The notes below the pieces were generated by a model. It was not told the DNA's origin. It searched no databases and worked only from the letters and a program-made list of their open reading frames with translations. A stretch of 63,265 nt of DNA, counting the filler, from Reclinomonas americana ATCC 50394 (taxonomy: Eukaryota): assembly GCA_048213135.1 (NCBI GenBank). It is 5 parts of 4 records of this genome, joined end to end, with 100 filler letters (N's around TTAATTAATTAA, not from the genome) between each part and the next. Parts side by side here need not be neighbours in the genome. Positions count along the whole stretch, not along the records: positions 1 to 22,006 come from PS015071.1; positions 22,107 to 45,796 come from PS015071.1; 3 more parts are not named here. One strand, 5' to 3'. How positions within the stretch are numbered: the stretch's first letter is position 1; every line of letters starts with the position of its first letter. This document shows, one piece after another, positions 11,249 through 22,473 of the stretch. Both the position numbers and the translations under genes were made by a program.

Positions 11249-14200
11249 ATGGACGACGGAAGGTTTCACGTGACTGTGAAGCTCGACAATCGCCGTGCAT
11301 TCCCGTTCCACATTGATGGTGTGTGCTTGCGTGTGTGTGTTCGCGTGTCTGCTGGTGTGATAATGAGTGATGCATGCCTCATTCGGTCGGTGTCACATCA
11401 TCATCATCATCGCAGAGACAACAACCCCGTCCGACATCAAGTGGGAGATTGCGGATGTGGCCAATGACGTGCTTGTGGTGCCACCGGTGAGTGTGCTATG
11501 GGTGACTCTGATGCAGAATTGTGGTGGCCTCCAACACACACACGCGCCCGTTTCTGTTTTCTGTGCAGACCATGAAAATCATTCGCGCGGGCAAGGTCAT
11601 GGGCGACGGCACACCCATCATGGACACCGACACCACCTCCGGTTCTGTGCTGCACATGACCGCCACGGGACCACTTGGCATTTGGGTCCGCTATGGTGAG
11701 CATTCTGTGTGTGAACCCGTTTTCCGTTATTTCGCTCCAGCACATCGTATTAATATTCCCCAAAAACAGGATTGCGAAAAGCACATCGGCTGGATACACG
11801 ACCTGCTGATAGTTGCGTCGCCTGCACATGTACTCTTAAAGGAAGCTTTGTTGGAGGGCTGGATTTCCTCCACTTATTGTGTGATTCTAAATTGTCGTTT
11901 ATTCTGACCCTTTGCCCTTTCCTCTATCCTTCACAGTGGAGAAGCTCACGGTCGGCGACCTGAAGCGCACGATCACGCAGCTGACGGGCATTCCCGACGC
12001 GCAGCAAGAGTACGCAGCGCCGTTGAATGTGCCACGCATTGCGCAGCAGGATGCGCTGCGACTGGCCGACTTGCTGCCGACGGGTGCCTACGGCGCCATG
12101 TTTACGCTCATTGTCAGCAACCCGGAACTGGTCGACGTGCCGGCGGTGGTCCGCGTGCGTACCACCAATGGCTCCGATGCGGTGGAAGTGCAGACCGAGT
12201 GTTGCGTCAATGCGCAAGAGTGCATGTCGTGGTTGCTTGCTCATATCTCCCTCTCTTTCTTTTCGTGGTCGGTATCAGTGACGGAACCTGTCTCCAACCT
12301 CAAGTGGGCCATTTGCTACAAGACTGGCTGGGCGGCCTTTGCCATTCCGCTCTGCAAGGGCAACAAAGTCCTCAAGGACAACTTGAGGTGCGGGCGTGTG
12401 ATCATTGTTTCGAATTCCGAGCTGCAACTCACCCGCAATCCTCGCAGTTTGATGGAGCAAGGCGTGTGCGACGGCGACGAGCTGTGTGTGTATTCGAGTC
12501 AGTGGCCCGGCATGTACGTGATGACGAAGCATCGCACGGCGATCCGTCTCGATCCGCACCCGAGTGACACGGATCGCCTGACGGTGTTTGACATGAAGCG
12601 CATCACGATGGAGGAGACTGGAGTGCCGATGGAGAGCCAGGTGGGTGCAGTAGCGCCTCCCTCTACAGTCTCGATGTTCGCACTGTGGCTGACCTTTTGC
12701 GTGCCCACAGTGGTACGCTGGACTGGACGGAGTGCACGAGAGCACGCTGCTGGCCAGCCTGCTGATGGGCGACAACATTGGCTGCGTGTTTGTGCTGCAG
12801 ACAGAGCCGCCGGCTGGCTACCGTGCCCGCTCGCCTACTCGCGCACGCTCTCCGTCTCGCGCTCGCTCCCCAACGCGAGCGCGGTCACCGACCAGCTCCT
12901 CCCGACAACATCACGGTCACCACCGCAGCAACAGTGGTGGTGGCGGCAGCGGCGGCGGTGGTGGAAACGGACAAGCTCCGAGCACGCCCCGTGGCAGCTC
13001 GATTATCGAAGCGCGCGACCGGCAGCGTCAGAGCATTGGCACCCCGCGACAGCGCCACTCGCGCAGTCACATGGATTCGCCGCGCATGCAACGCCCGGAC
13101 ACGGCCACGTATCTCGAGTCGCCGAGCACGCCGCGCACACCTCGCGGCAGCGCAGCTACTCGCACCGTCGACTCACCGTCGGCCTACTCGGACGCGAGTT
13201 CGTACATGGAGGCGCCACTGACGCCACGCAACCACTACCATCCGACACCAGTGCAGCAGCAACCGCCGCCGCCACCGCCGCAGCAGCAGCTGGCTCACCC
13301 GCAGCCGTACCGCCCGCAGCCTGTAAGACCACAGCCGCAGCAGGCTCACGAGCCACCTCAGTCGCCACGCATGCGTCGCTCGAACAGCATCTCGCAACTC
13401 GACCTGCAGTACCAGCAACATNNNNNNNNNNNNNNNNNNNNNNNNNNNNNNNNNNNNNNNNNNNNNNNNNNNNNNNNNNNNNNNNNNNNNNNNNNNNNNN
13501 NNNNNNNNNNNNNNNNNNNNNNNNNNNNNNNNNNNNNNNNNNNNNNNNNNNNNNNNNNNNNNNNNNNNNNNNNNNNNNNNNNNNNNNNNNNNNNNNNNNN
13601 NNNNNNNNNNNNNNNNNNNNNNNNNNNNNNNNNNNNNNNNNNNNNNNNNNNNNNNNNNNNNNNNNNNNNNNNNNNNNNNNNNNNNNNNNNNNNNNNNNNN
13701 NNNNNNNNNNNNNNNNNNNNNNNNNNNNNNNNNNNNNNNNNNNNNNNNNNNNNNNNNNNNNNNNNNNNNNNNNNNNNNNNNNNNNNNNNNNNNNNNNNNN
13801 NNNNNNNNNNNNNNNNNNNNNNNNNNNNNNNNNNNNNNNNNNNNNNNNNNNNNNNNNNNNNNNNNNNNNNNNNNNNNNNNNGCGCTGCTCCAGCAGCAAA
13901 TGTTCGAGCAGCAGCAGCAGGCGCAGGCGCAAGCGCAGCTACAGGCGCACAAGCAGGCGCAGCTGCAGGCGCAGCAGCAGGCACAGGCACAGGCGGCCGC
14001 GCGCAGTCTGATGCCGCAGCCACCGATTCCACGCGATCGGCAACCGTCGCCCAACTCGGCGAGTCTCGCCGACTCCATGTCGCCGCATGGGCTCTACAGC
14101 TACGACTCGACGGGCGAGTGGTCGTCGGGCGCCTCGCCACGCATGCCCGCCGCGTCGGCATCGCACGGACGGTCGCACAAGCGGCACGAGAGTGCGATTG

Positions 14201-14565
14201 TGGCGACGACCGGTATGCAGCAGGCGGTGTACGACAATGGCGTTGGCAAGGCGCGCAGCAACGGCGGTCGCGCCTCGTCGGTAATGTCTGCCGAGTACCA
14301 GGTTCCCATGTCGGTGCCGACGTCGCGTGCCGGCTCGCCGGTGGCGGACTCGGGACTCACGCGAGGCATGTCACTGATGTCGATGATGTCGTCGGGCGGC
14401 GTTGGCGGCGCCGACTCGGCCACCGCCTCCGTGACCAAGAAGAAGAAGAAGCGCGTGGTGGTCGTGCGCAAGCGCATCATCAAGAAGAAGAAGTCGTCTG
14501 CCGCCTCCGACATGGGCATGTCCGAGACGCGCACAGTGTCGTCGGTCGGCGGCGAGCACGTATGA
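11249..14565 (+). CDS. Paralogue of the preceding gene: four ubiquitin-like domains plus an RS/P/Q-rich tail (interrupted by gap 13422-13881)
   Basis: MDDGRFHVTVKLD...DIKWEIAD...TMKIIRAGKVMGDG...SGSVLHMTATGPLGIWVRYG; LTVGDLKRTITQLTGIP; LKDNL(S)LMEQGVCDGDEL; LTVFDMKRITMEETGVP. Basic motif KKKKKRVVVVRKRIIKKKK; TGA ending at 14565. Confidence 0.8.
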
Positions 14566-14781
14566 GCCCCTCCTCACAGTTGTCAACCACAACTTATTTT
14601 TTTGGTGCCGCTTNNNNNNNNNNNNNNNNNNNNACCCCGGCCTGCCTCTCTCTTTCTCTCTCTGTTTTTGTTTTGCTTTCTTTCCTGGGGTTATGAACAA
14701 TGCGTCCAGGCGTGTAGTAATGAGAATGAACGAAAAGAGAAAACAACAGCCAGCCAGTGTTCATCAACAAAAACAAGAGAG

Positions 14782-16235
14782 TCAGTCGCCGAGAACGTCG
14801 TCCAGCCAGGCCTCTAGTTCTTGCACGTCGGCGGTGGTGGACTGGAAGGGAGGGCAACGGGATAGTGAGAGTGCAGAGGGAGAAGGAAAGGGGGAGGAGG
14901 GGAGAGGGGGGAGAAGGGGAGAAGGGGAAAGGAAAAAGATAGTGGAAAGAGTGGCAGAAGTGAAAGGGAGAGGGAATGGGAGAATGAGTGGAAACGCAAG
15001 GAAGAGAAAGAGAGAAAGGAGGGGAAGTGGAAGCAGAGAGGAAGGACAAGCTGCTGGTCACAGGAACGGGAACAGTGACGTGAATGGAACGAAGACGTCA
15101 AAGGAAAGATGGCAAAGCACGACGAGGAGGATGGAGGGAGTGGGCAACGGGAAAGGGGAACAGAGACAAACGGAACGGCGCAACGATGATAGATAGGCAA
15201 GGAAGAGGAGGGAAGAAGCAGTGAGCAAGGAAAACCTGCTGGCAACAGGAACAAGAACATCGACGAGAATGGATAGATGAATAGAACGGCAGCAAAGCAC
15301 GATAAAGGGGAACAGAGACAAACGGAACGACGTAAACGATGAGAGGCAAGGAAGGAAGAGAAAGAGGAAGGAAAAGCTGCAGGAACCGGAAACAGAGACG
15401 AGAAGGGAACGATGAAAAAGGCCAAAGGAATTGCGGCAAAGCAAGAAGAGCAGGATGGAGGAAGTGGGCAGCAGGAAAGGGGAACAGAGACAAACGGAAC
15501 GATGTAAGCAAAAGGAAGGAAGAGGAGGAAGTGGAAGCAGAGAGGAAGGAAAAGCTGCAGGAACCGGAAACAGAGACGAGTGGGTAACAGGAAAGGGGAA
15601 CAGAGACAAACATAATGCCGTAAACGAGGAGATGTAAGGACGCAAGAGGGGCAGGAAACATTGAAAGAGGTCAAAAGGAAAGACGGAAACAGGGCTGAAC
15701 GACGATGTGGGATGAGCAGCAAGAGCCAAGCAGAGGCACTGTTTGGAAGAGAGAAACGGGAACTGCAAAGAGAGAAGAAGGCTCACAAGATCAGTGGAGG
15801 CAGCTGTGCACAGGCTTGCATCTAAGTCTCTCTCTTGTTCTCTTTGCCTGTCTATCTGCTCTGCTCTCCCTCTCTGTGCTCTTTCTTGTTCTCTTTGCCT
15901 GCCTTTCTCTTCTCGTTCGCGCGGTCTGCTCTGTTCTCTTCTCGTCTCTCTCTCTCTCTCTTCTCTTCTCTCCCTTATTCACTCACCGCCGACACCTCCC
16001 CCACTCCACTCCCCTTCTCCTCCTCCTCCTTCTCTTCCCTCTCCTCCCTCTGTGGCAGTCGTCGCTGAGCAGGTCGCCTCCTTCCAGAGGCCACAAACAC
16101 TCCACCACTGCTGCTGCTGTTGTGATCATCAGAAGCAGTGCTGCGTGATGGCGTCCACGAGAGGCGCTGCTCGGCAGAGGGACAGTGTGTGCGCACGAGA
16201 GTGCCGAGGGCGTTCAGGTCGAGTGACACGGCCAT
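14782..16235 (-). CDS. Small Aven/CER16-like protein (tentative)
   Basis: Exon MAVSLDLNALGTLVRTHCPSAEQRL...EVSA|GTGAGT splices in phase 0 to a final exon STTADVQELEAWLDDVLGD-TGA. The SLDLxxL...xxRL motif and terminal LExWLDxxL resemble Aven-family motifs as I recall them. Confidence 0.4.
14870..15780. repeat. Degenerate purine-rich tandem duplications (intron of the minus-strand gene)
   Basis: Recurrent AAGGGGAACAGAGACAAAC and AAAAGCTGCAGGAACCGGAAACAGAGACGAG blocks. Confidence 0.8.
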
Positions 16236-16885
16236 CTCACCGACAAACAACGAAGAGAGAAGGACACGGGACCGAGACTCTTGCATGAAGTTGTTCCCAG
16301 AGGCAGAAGTCCTTTTCTGAAAGCAAAAGAAGACCCAACAGGTATCGGGTCGCCTGATTATGAAGTCAGATGAGCGCTTAAATGACTTCGAGAGCTTCTG
16401 GGTGAGCGATCCGATCGCGAATTTCGTAGAGTCGCTTGTTTGCAAGTACAAGCGCATCGGCACGTTGGCAAGCTCGGCAACTTCCCGCCACTGTTCCAGA
16501 AACAAATGCACGCGGTAAAGGCCTCGCAAACGTCTGGCAGGATTGCCACAGCTGCCGATGAGAATGAACAGCCGCGCCTGCAAAGACCTCGAATGCACTT
16601 GATGGCTCATCGGTTTCCATTGCAGACCAGGTCACTGTGTTCAAAGTGTTCCTGCCGCACTTGACGATAGCCGATGCGTTGTCGATGCGCGATCCGTGAC
16701 AGCTATGAGAGCAGACGTCGCTTGACTTGTTTCCGTCACCTGCTGCCATACAACAACAAAGCTTCTATCGAGGCACTTACCGCCTCCCATCATCCTCTCG
16801 TTGCAAACGATACCTGCCAACACGGTTCACTGTCGCTCTGTCGGTGTTGCGTCGGCCTCTCTCATTCTCTCTCTGTGTGTGTGGC

Positions 16886-19800
16886 TCACACGCGCACTGT
16901 TGATGCCCAGGCTGGGTATGCGGCGTACAGGTGGTCCACAGTCTGGTTGACGTCGTGGCAAAGGCCCTCGATCTCGTGGCCCCAGGCGGAGATGCTGTCG
17001 CGGTCTGTGTGGGGAGGGCATGTGGTGAGCAAGGCGTGCAAGAGGCGAGCGGCGGAGGTGATGATGAGAGATCAAGAATTTACAACCGCATGTGTACACA
17101 CACAGTGAGACAGAGAGAGAGAGAGAGTGTGTGTGAGAGAGAGCGAGAGCGAAACAACGACAGTGAACAGTGCACTTTCACCAGAGAGAGAGAGAGAGAG
17201 AGAGAAAGAGAAAGAGAGAAAGAGAGAGAGAGAGCGTGATGGATGAACGAGGGCCGAAGCCGCCCGAATATGAACGCGGCCACGCAAACACACATGCTCA
17301 TCACTCGCATGCAGCCAATCTAACGCTGTTTTCTCTCTCTCTCTCTCTCTCTCTCTTGCATTCACTCAGTCACTCGCTGATCTTGTAGACTGCCAACAAC
17401 AACACTTCTGATTCTGAGTCATCAGGACGCACGGTCGCATAGCTTCTCACCCTGCCCACCCTCCGCTTCACCTCTACAATACCCCTATTCATCGCGGCGC
17501 CTTCCCTCTTCCTTCATCACCCCTCTCCTCACCAACCCTCCCCCTCCTTCTCCTCCACCTCCTCCACTCACCGAGATCAAAGTTGATGACATTGTCGATC
17601 TGGTCAATGGTGGCATGCAGGCGATTCTCCACAATCATGCGCGACGCAATCTTCTCCGCTCGCCTCGGCTCAATGTCGAGCAGGCGGCCGAGCTCCGCCA
17701 CCGTGATGTTGGAGTAGATCTTGCTGGCTGAGAGCAAGTTGTGCTCAATCACGGCGCGGTCGAGCACGGTGGTATTGTCGGCCAGTTTTGCCTTGTGATG
17801 CTCGTCGAGGTGCTGCTCAAAGGCGATCTTCTCCTCGGCCGACAGAATTCTCTCCATGTACATTTTCTGCGTGCGCAGCGATGAGAAAAATGATGGGAAG
17901 CAAAGGAGGGGGCGCGAAACATATGCACACAAACCTGCAGCACCGAGAACACTTCGAGTCTTGCTGACCGTTCGTCCTTGTACAGCATGGCCAGCAGACG
18001 TGAGCGCTTTGGTCCGGCCTGTGGGAGGGGGAGAGGGAAAGGTGGGAAGGATGAGAAAGAGAGGGCGAGGAAAGCATGAGAAAATGCAGAGAACACGAGG
18101 GTGACAAGGATGAGAAGGAGAGAGCAGTAAAAGATTCTGTTTCATGCACAGATGCAGAAGCATTAATACGGTTTCTCCGTCTCACGACGCATACACGAAA
18201 TCTCACATACAAGATGCGCTCTCCCTCACTGTGACACACGGGCACTATCGCCACTCGACTGCTCGTGTCGCTGAACGAACAGCTTTCAAACTCTTTTCTC
18301 TCATCGCGAATGGGTGGACCCCTTCACACACGTGATTAAAATCTTCTCAATCTCCTGCAAGAACACCCTCTCGTGCACACTCACAGCAACCACAGGTCGT
18401 CCTGTAGACCCTGCTCTATATTAACACACACAAACGCACGTAAATGCGACTTATTGTCTCGCAACGATGATCATATTCTCTCTCACTCGCTCTCTGTGCA
18501 GAAATTCCCTCTCGCACACACACACACACAGCAACCACAGGTCGTCTTGCAGATCATTCTTGTTCTCCAGAGACGCATGCACACTCTTTGTCTCGAAATG
18601 ATGGTCAGTCTCTCTCTCTCTCTCTCTCTCTCACTGTGCAGAAACACTCTCTCGCACACACATATAGCAACCACAGGTCGTCCTGCAGATCATCCTTGAT
18701 CTCCACATACGTCATGATCCTACTCCCTCTCTCTCCCTTTCCCCCCTCCCCCCTCTCCTCACCTTCGCCAACACCGCACACACAATGGCCTTCTCCAACG
18801 CCTGATCCTTCTCCGTTTCCAACATGATCTTCGGCAGCAGTCTATAGTACGACATGGAGGCCTCGTAGAACTTCTTCTTCGAGTCCTGAATGCGCGCAAA
18901 GTTGGTCCAGTAGCGCAAGTCCACCAGATACTCGCCACGGTCGCTGAGCTTGAGCTCGGGCACAAAGGCGGCGGCGCGGTGGTTGTACGACTCGGCTTGC
19001 ACGGCGTCGTCGTCCATCAAATAGTACAGCGCGATGGTGACGTACGTCTTGGCCTTGTAGGCGGCGGTGTAGGAGCTGGGGAAGGGAAAGGGAGGGAAAG
19101 GGAGGGAAAGGGAGGGGAGGGGGAAGGGAAGAGCGAAGGATGGTGAGATAGCTGCCTGTGCGTGAGACATGTAAAGAGAAGAGAACAATAAGAAGATGCT
19201 CGAGAGACATCCGAGATCTGGTGAGGAGGATGGGAGGGAGAAGACAATTCACGAGAATCACAGAAACAGCATAGACTCAGAGGTCATTGACCATTCCGCA
19301 AAGGGCACAACAACGGCAGCAGCATCGGGTACACCACAGAAACAACACTAACACCGAGTTTCTCGACCTTCTCACAAACACAAGTGCACCACGAGTGACA
19401 CGAGGGTGGAGACTCTCCATTGCACACAAAGAAGCACCCATGAGACATACCACAAGTGACAAGACATATCACACAACAAGCACAGAAACGAAGACAGGGA
19501 ATACCCCGCTTGAACAAAAGGAGAGTGAGCAGACAACTGACCATGACAAGGGCACAGCACAAGCGCAAAACGCTCCAACAAAAAAGACACTGGGGAAAGA
19601 GGTACTCACCGATGACCCGTGTCCAACGCAATCTCCGACAACACACGCGCCGCTCCACGGAAGTTTCCGAGTCCCTCGTGCGCCTTGGCCAGTGACTCAC
19701 GCAGTTGTGTGGCGAGATCCTCGTAGGCGCTCGTGCGCAGCGCAAAGGCCTCGAGGAAAATGCGGCCGGCCACCACTCGTCGGTCGAGATCGTGCAGGCT

Positions 19801-20099
19801 CTGCAGTTGTGCGACGGCGAGGGCGAGCACCTCGCGAGCGTCTCCCGCAATGGAGCCGTCCTCGACGACTGTGGAAAGGGGGAAAGGGAAAGGGAATAGG
19901 GGAGGTGAGGAGGAAAAGTGAGTGAGTGAGTGAGTGAGTGAGTGAGTGAGTGAGTGAGTGTATGTGTGTGTGTATGTGTGAGAGAGGGAGGGAGAGGGAG
20001 GGAGGGAGGGAGGGAGGGAGGGAGGGAGGGAGGGAGAGAGAGAGAGAGGAGTCTGCGAGGATGCAGATCACGGCACTTCATGGCATGCTCTCTCTCCTT

Positions 20100-20130
<31 letters not shown>

Positions 20131-20219
20131 AGTGTGTGCGCGTGTGAGTGTGAGTGTGAGTGTGACTATGTAAATGCAGTGGACAAGTGACTTGAGGAAA
20201 TCTCTCTCTCTCTCTCCTC

Positions 20220-20266
<47 letters not shown>

Positions 20267-20527
20267 GAGCATGCAATGAGCACACACTCTTCCGCACACC
20301 GGCAGACAACAACACTGAAAATATCTTCACACACACTCTCATTCCTCTCTCTTCCCCCTTCTACCTCTCTCTCACTCACTCTCACTCTCTCACTTAACGC
20401 AACAGCTGACGAGGAAGGCGGAGAGTTCCGCGTCACGAGACGGGTCGGCCATCATGGCCTCCAGCGCCCCCAACGCCAAGCGCTGACGCGCCTCTCCTGT
20501 GCTCGCCGACTTGACAGATGCAAACAT
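16886..20527 (-). CDS. COPS4: COP9 signalosome subunit 4 (PCI domain)
   Basis: [98 protein letters not shown]...[22 protein letters not shown]. Last exon [15 protein letters not shown]...; the start codon is approximate. Confidence 0.95.
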
Positions 20528-21588
20528 GGAAAGGTACGCGAGTGCACTCAGACACAGAAGAAGATGGGATGAGATTGCGTGAGAGTGGACAGTCCCGCTG
20601 TCCTGGCAAAGAAAAGTTGCAATGTTCTGCGCACGCTTGAGCAGGTTTCTCCATGTGCAGCGGGCAAGAGTAACTGTGCACGTCGCCGCCACTATGCCAG
20701 TGATTTTCTTTCGTTTTCGACGCTTGATGAATTGGCGAAGTTGCGCAAAACTTGACGAATAGCCCTCCGTTCACTGCATCCGCAATTACAGGGTGAATAC
20801 CCACACGGCTCTTAGTATAGATGCACATTAAAAGCTGCTAGGGTGCGCGCTAAACTGCTCCAGCACGCTCTCTTTGAAATCGACAAGTCGCTTAGAAATT
20901 CGAAAAGTCCTNNNNNNNNNNNNNNNNNNNNNNNNNNNNNNNNNNNNNNNNNNNNNNNNNNNNNNNNNNNNNNNNNNNNNNNNNNNNNNNNNNNNNNNNN
21001 NNNNNNNNNNNNNNNNNNNNNNNNNNNNNNNNNNNNNNNNNNNNNNNNNNNNNNNNNNNNNNNNNNNNNNNNNNNNNNNNNNNNNNNNNNNNNNNNNNNN
21101 NNNNNNNNNNNNNNNNNNNNNNNGTCCACAATTACATAACGGATGCCCACAAGCTTCTCAGCACCGGTGCACATAGATAACAGCTCGCTGCGAGTGCGCG
21201 CCAGACAGCTGCAGTCAGCTTTCTTTCGAATTCGATAAAATCGCGTAGAAATTCGAAAGCCTTCCGTCCATCGCGGTCACACTTCCAGGGTGAGATTGCC
21301 AGTCGCTCAGTACCGATCCACAAGTTAACAGCTTGAACGCTTGAAACACAGCTGCATACGCAGTCACGATCAGGCGATCGCGAAATCGAAATATTGATCA
21401 CTTTGTATATTCGATACATGGCCAACTGCGCATGCATGCAATGCACATGTCAAACTCGAGTTGTAATCCAAAGCCCTACACGCCTGCTTTACTGTGTTAC
21501 GCAGGGAGTGTCTGCATTCGCGCTTTTCGTGCGCAACTTCGACTCAAAATTTCACTCTCTTTCTCTCTCTTTGTTGTGTTGCAGCAAA

Positions 21589-21737
21589 ATGTCGTCTGCG
21601 TTTACGTTTGCCGAGAAGCGCGACATTGCGAATGCGCTGACGCGAGCAAGTGGACCGGCACTGGCCGAGGTGATGATGATGATTGTCATGTTGGATCCGA
21701 TGGTGCGTTCGAAGCAGAAAGAGAGAGGAGGGAGGAA

Positions 21738-21768
<31 letters not shown>

Positions 21769-22168
21769 TGTGTGTGCGAGAAGGAAAGCGTGTGTGTGCA
21801 TCTGATCATCTTTTCTCCGATCATCACTTGCTCTCGCAGTCTCTCTCTCACTTGTGCAGTCTCTCTCTCTCTCTCACTCATTCTCGCCCAATCACTCTCT
21901 CACTCTCGCAAAGTCGCTCTCTCACTCTCGCCCAGTCGCTCCCACTCTCACAATCGCTCTTCCACTCTCGCAATCGCTCTCTCACTCACAGTCTCTCTCC
22001 CTCCCTNNNNNNNNNNNNNNNNNNNNNNNNNNNNNNNNNNNNNNNNNNNNTTAATTAATTAANNNNNNNNNNNNNNNNNNNNNNNNNNNNNNNNNNNNNN
22101 NNNNNNTCCTCCTCCTCCTCCTCCTCCTCCTCCTCCTCCTCCTCCTCCTCCTCCTCCTCCTCCTCCTC

Positions 22169-22229
<61 letters not shown>

Positions 22230-22380
22230 ACACTGCGCCCCTCCCTCCCCTTTCTCCACACAGGCAGGCAGCGCCGGCGCACAACTCAGTGTCGACGTGG
22301 ACGGTCTCGACGACCACACACTCTTCCGCATTCGAGACGTGCTGATGCGAGACGGCTCACTCGCCCCGCCTCCGCAGTGA
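21589..22380 (+). CDS. Stand-alone extra-terminal (ET/NET) domain protein, ~76 aa, 2 visible exons
   Basis: MSSAFTFAEKRDIANALTRASGPALAEVMMMIVMLDPM|AGSAGAQLSVDVDGLDDHTLFRIRDVL...TGA matches the BET/YEATS ET pattern (T.EEKR.L...I..L....L..V..II...P...EIEIDxxxLxxxTL..L). The intron contains an assembly linker. Confidence 0.7.
22051..22062. other. Artificial assembly linker TTAATTAATTAA flanked by Ns (also 45841-45852, 56551-56562, 61768-61779)
   Basis: The identical 12-mer, with stops in all frames, is centred in a ~100-nt N block at four places. Confidence 0.97.
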
Positions 22381-22473
22381 TCTCCTCTTTTTTTGCACCA
22401 TTCATCATCAATAGACGCGGACCTTCGTATACATCTACCGTGCTATACATTCTTCTTCTCCTTCTTCGTGTCG

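Noticed and set aside
14594-15786. Long F/L/S/P-rich or R/E/G-rich ORFs in CT/GA tracts (also 33635-34542, 35170-36495, 56822-57847, 61846-62480)
   Set aside because: They are translations of low-complexity intron sequence.
16300-16830. ORFs between the Aven-like gene and COPS4
   Set aside because: No motifs or splice pattern; this looks like intergenic/UTR sequence.
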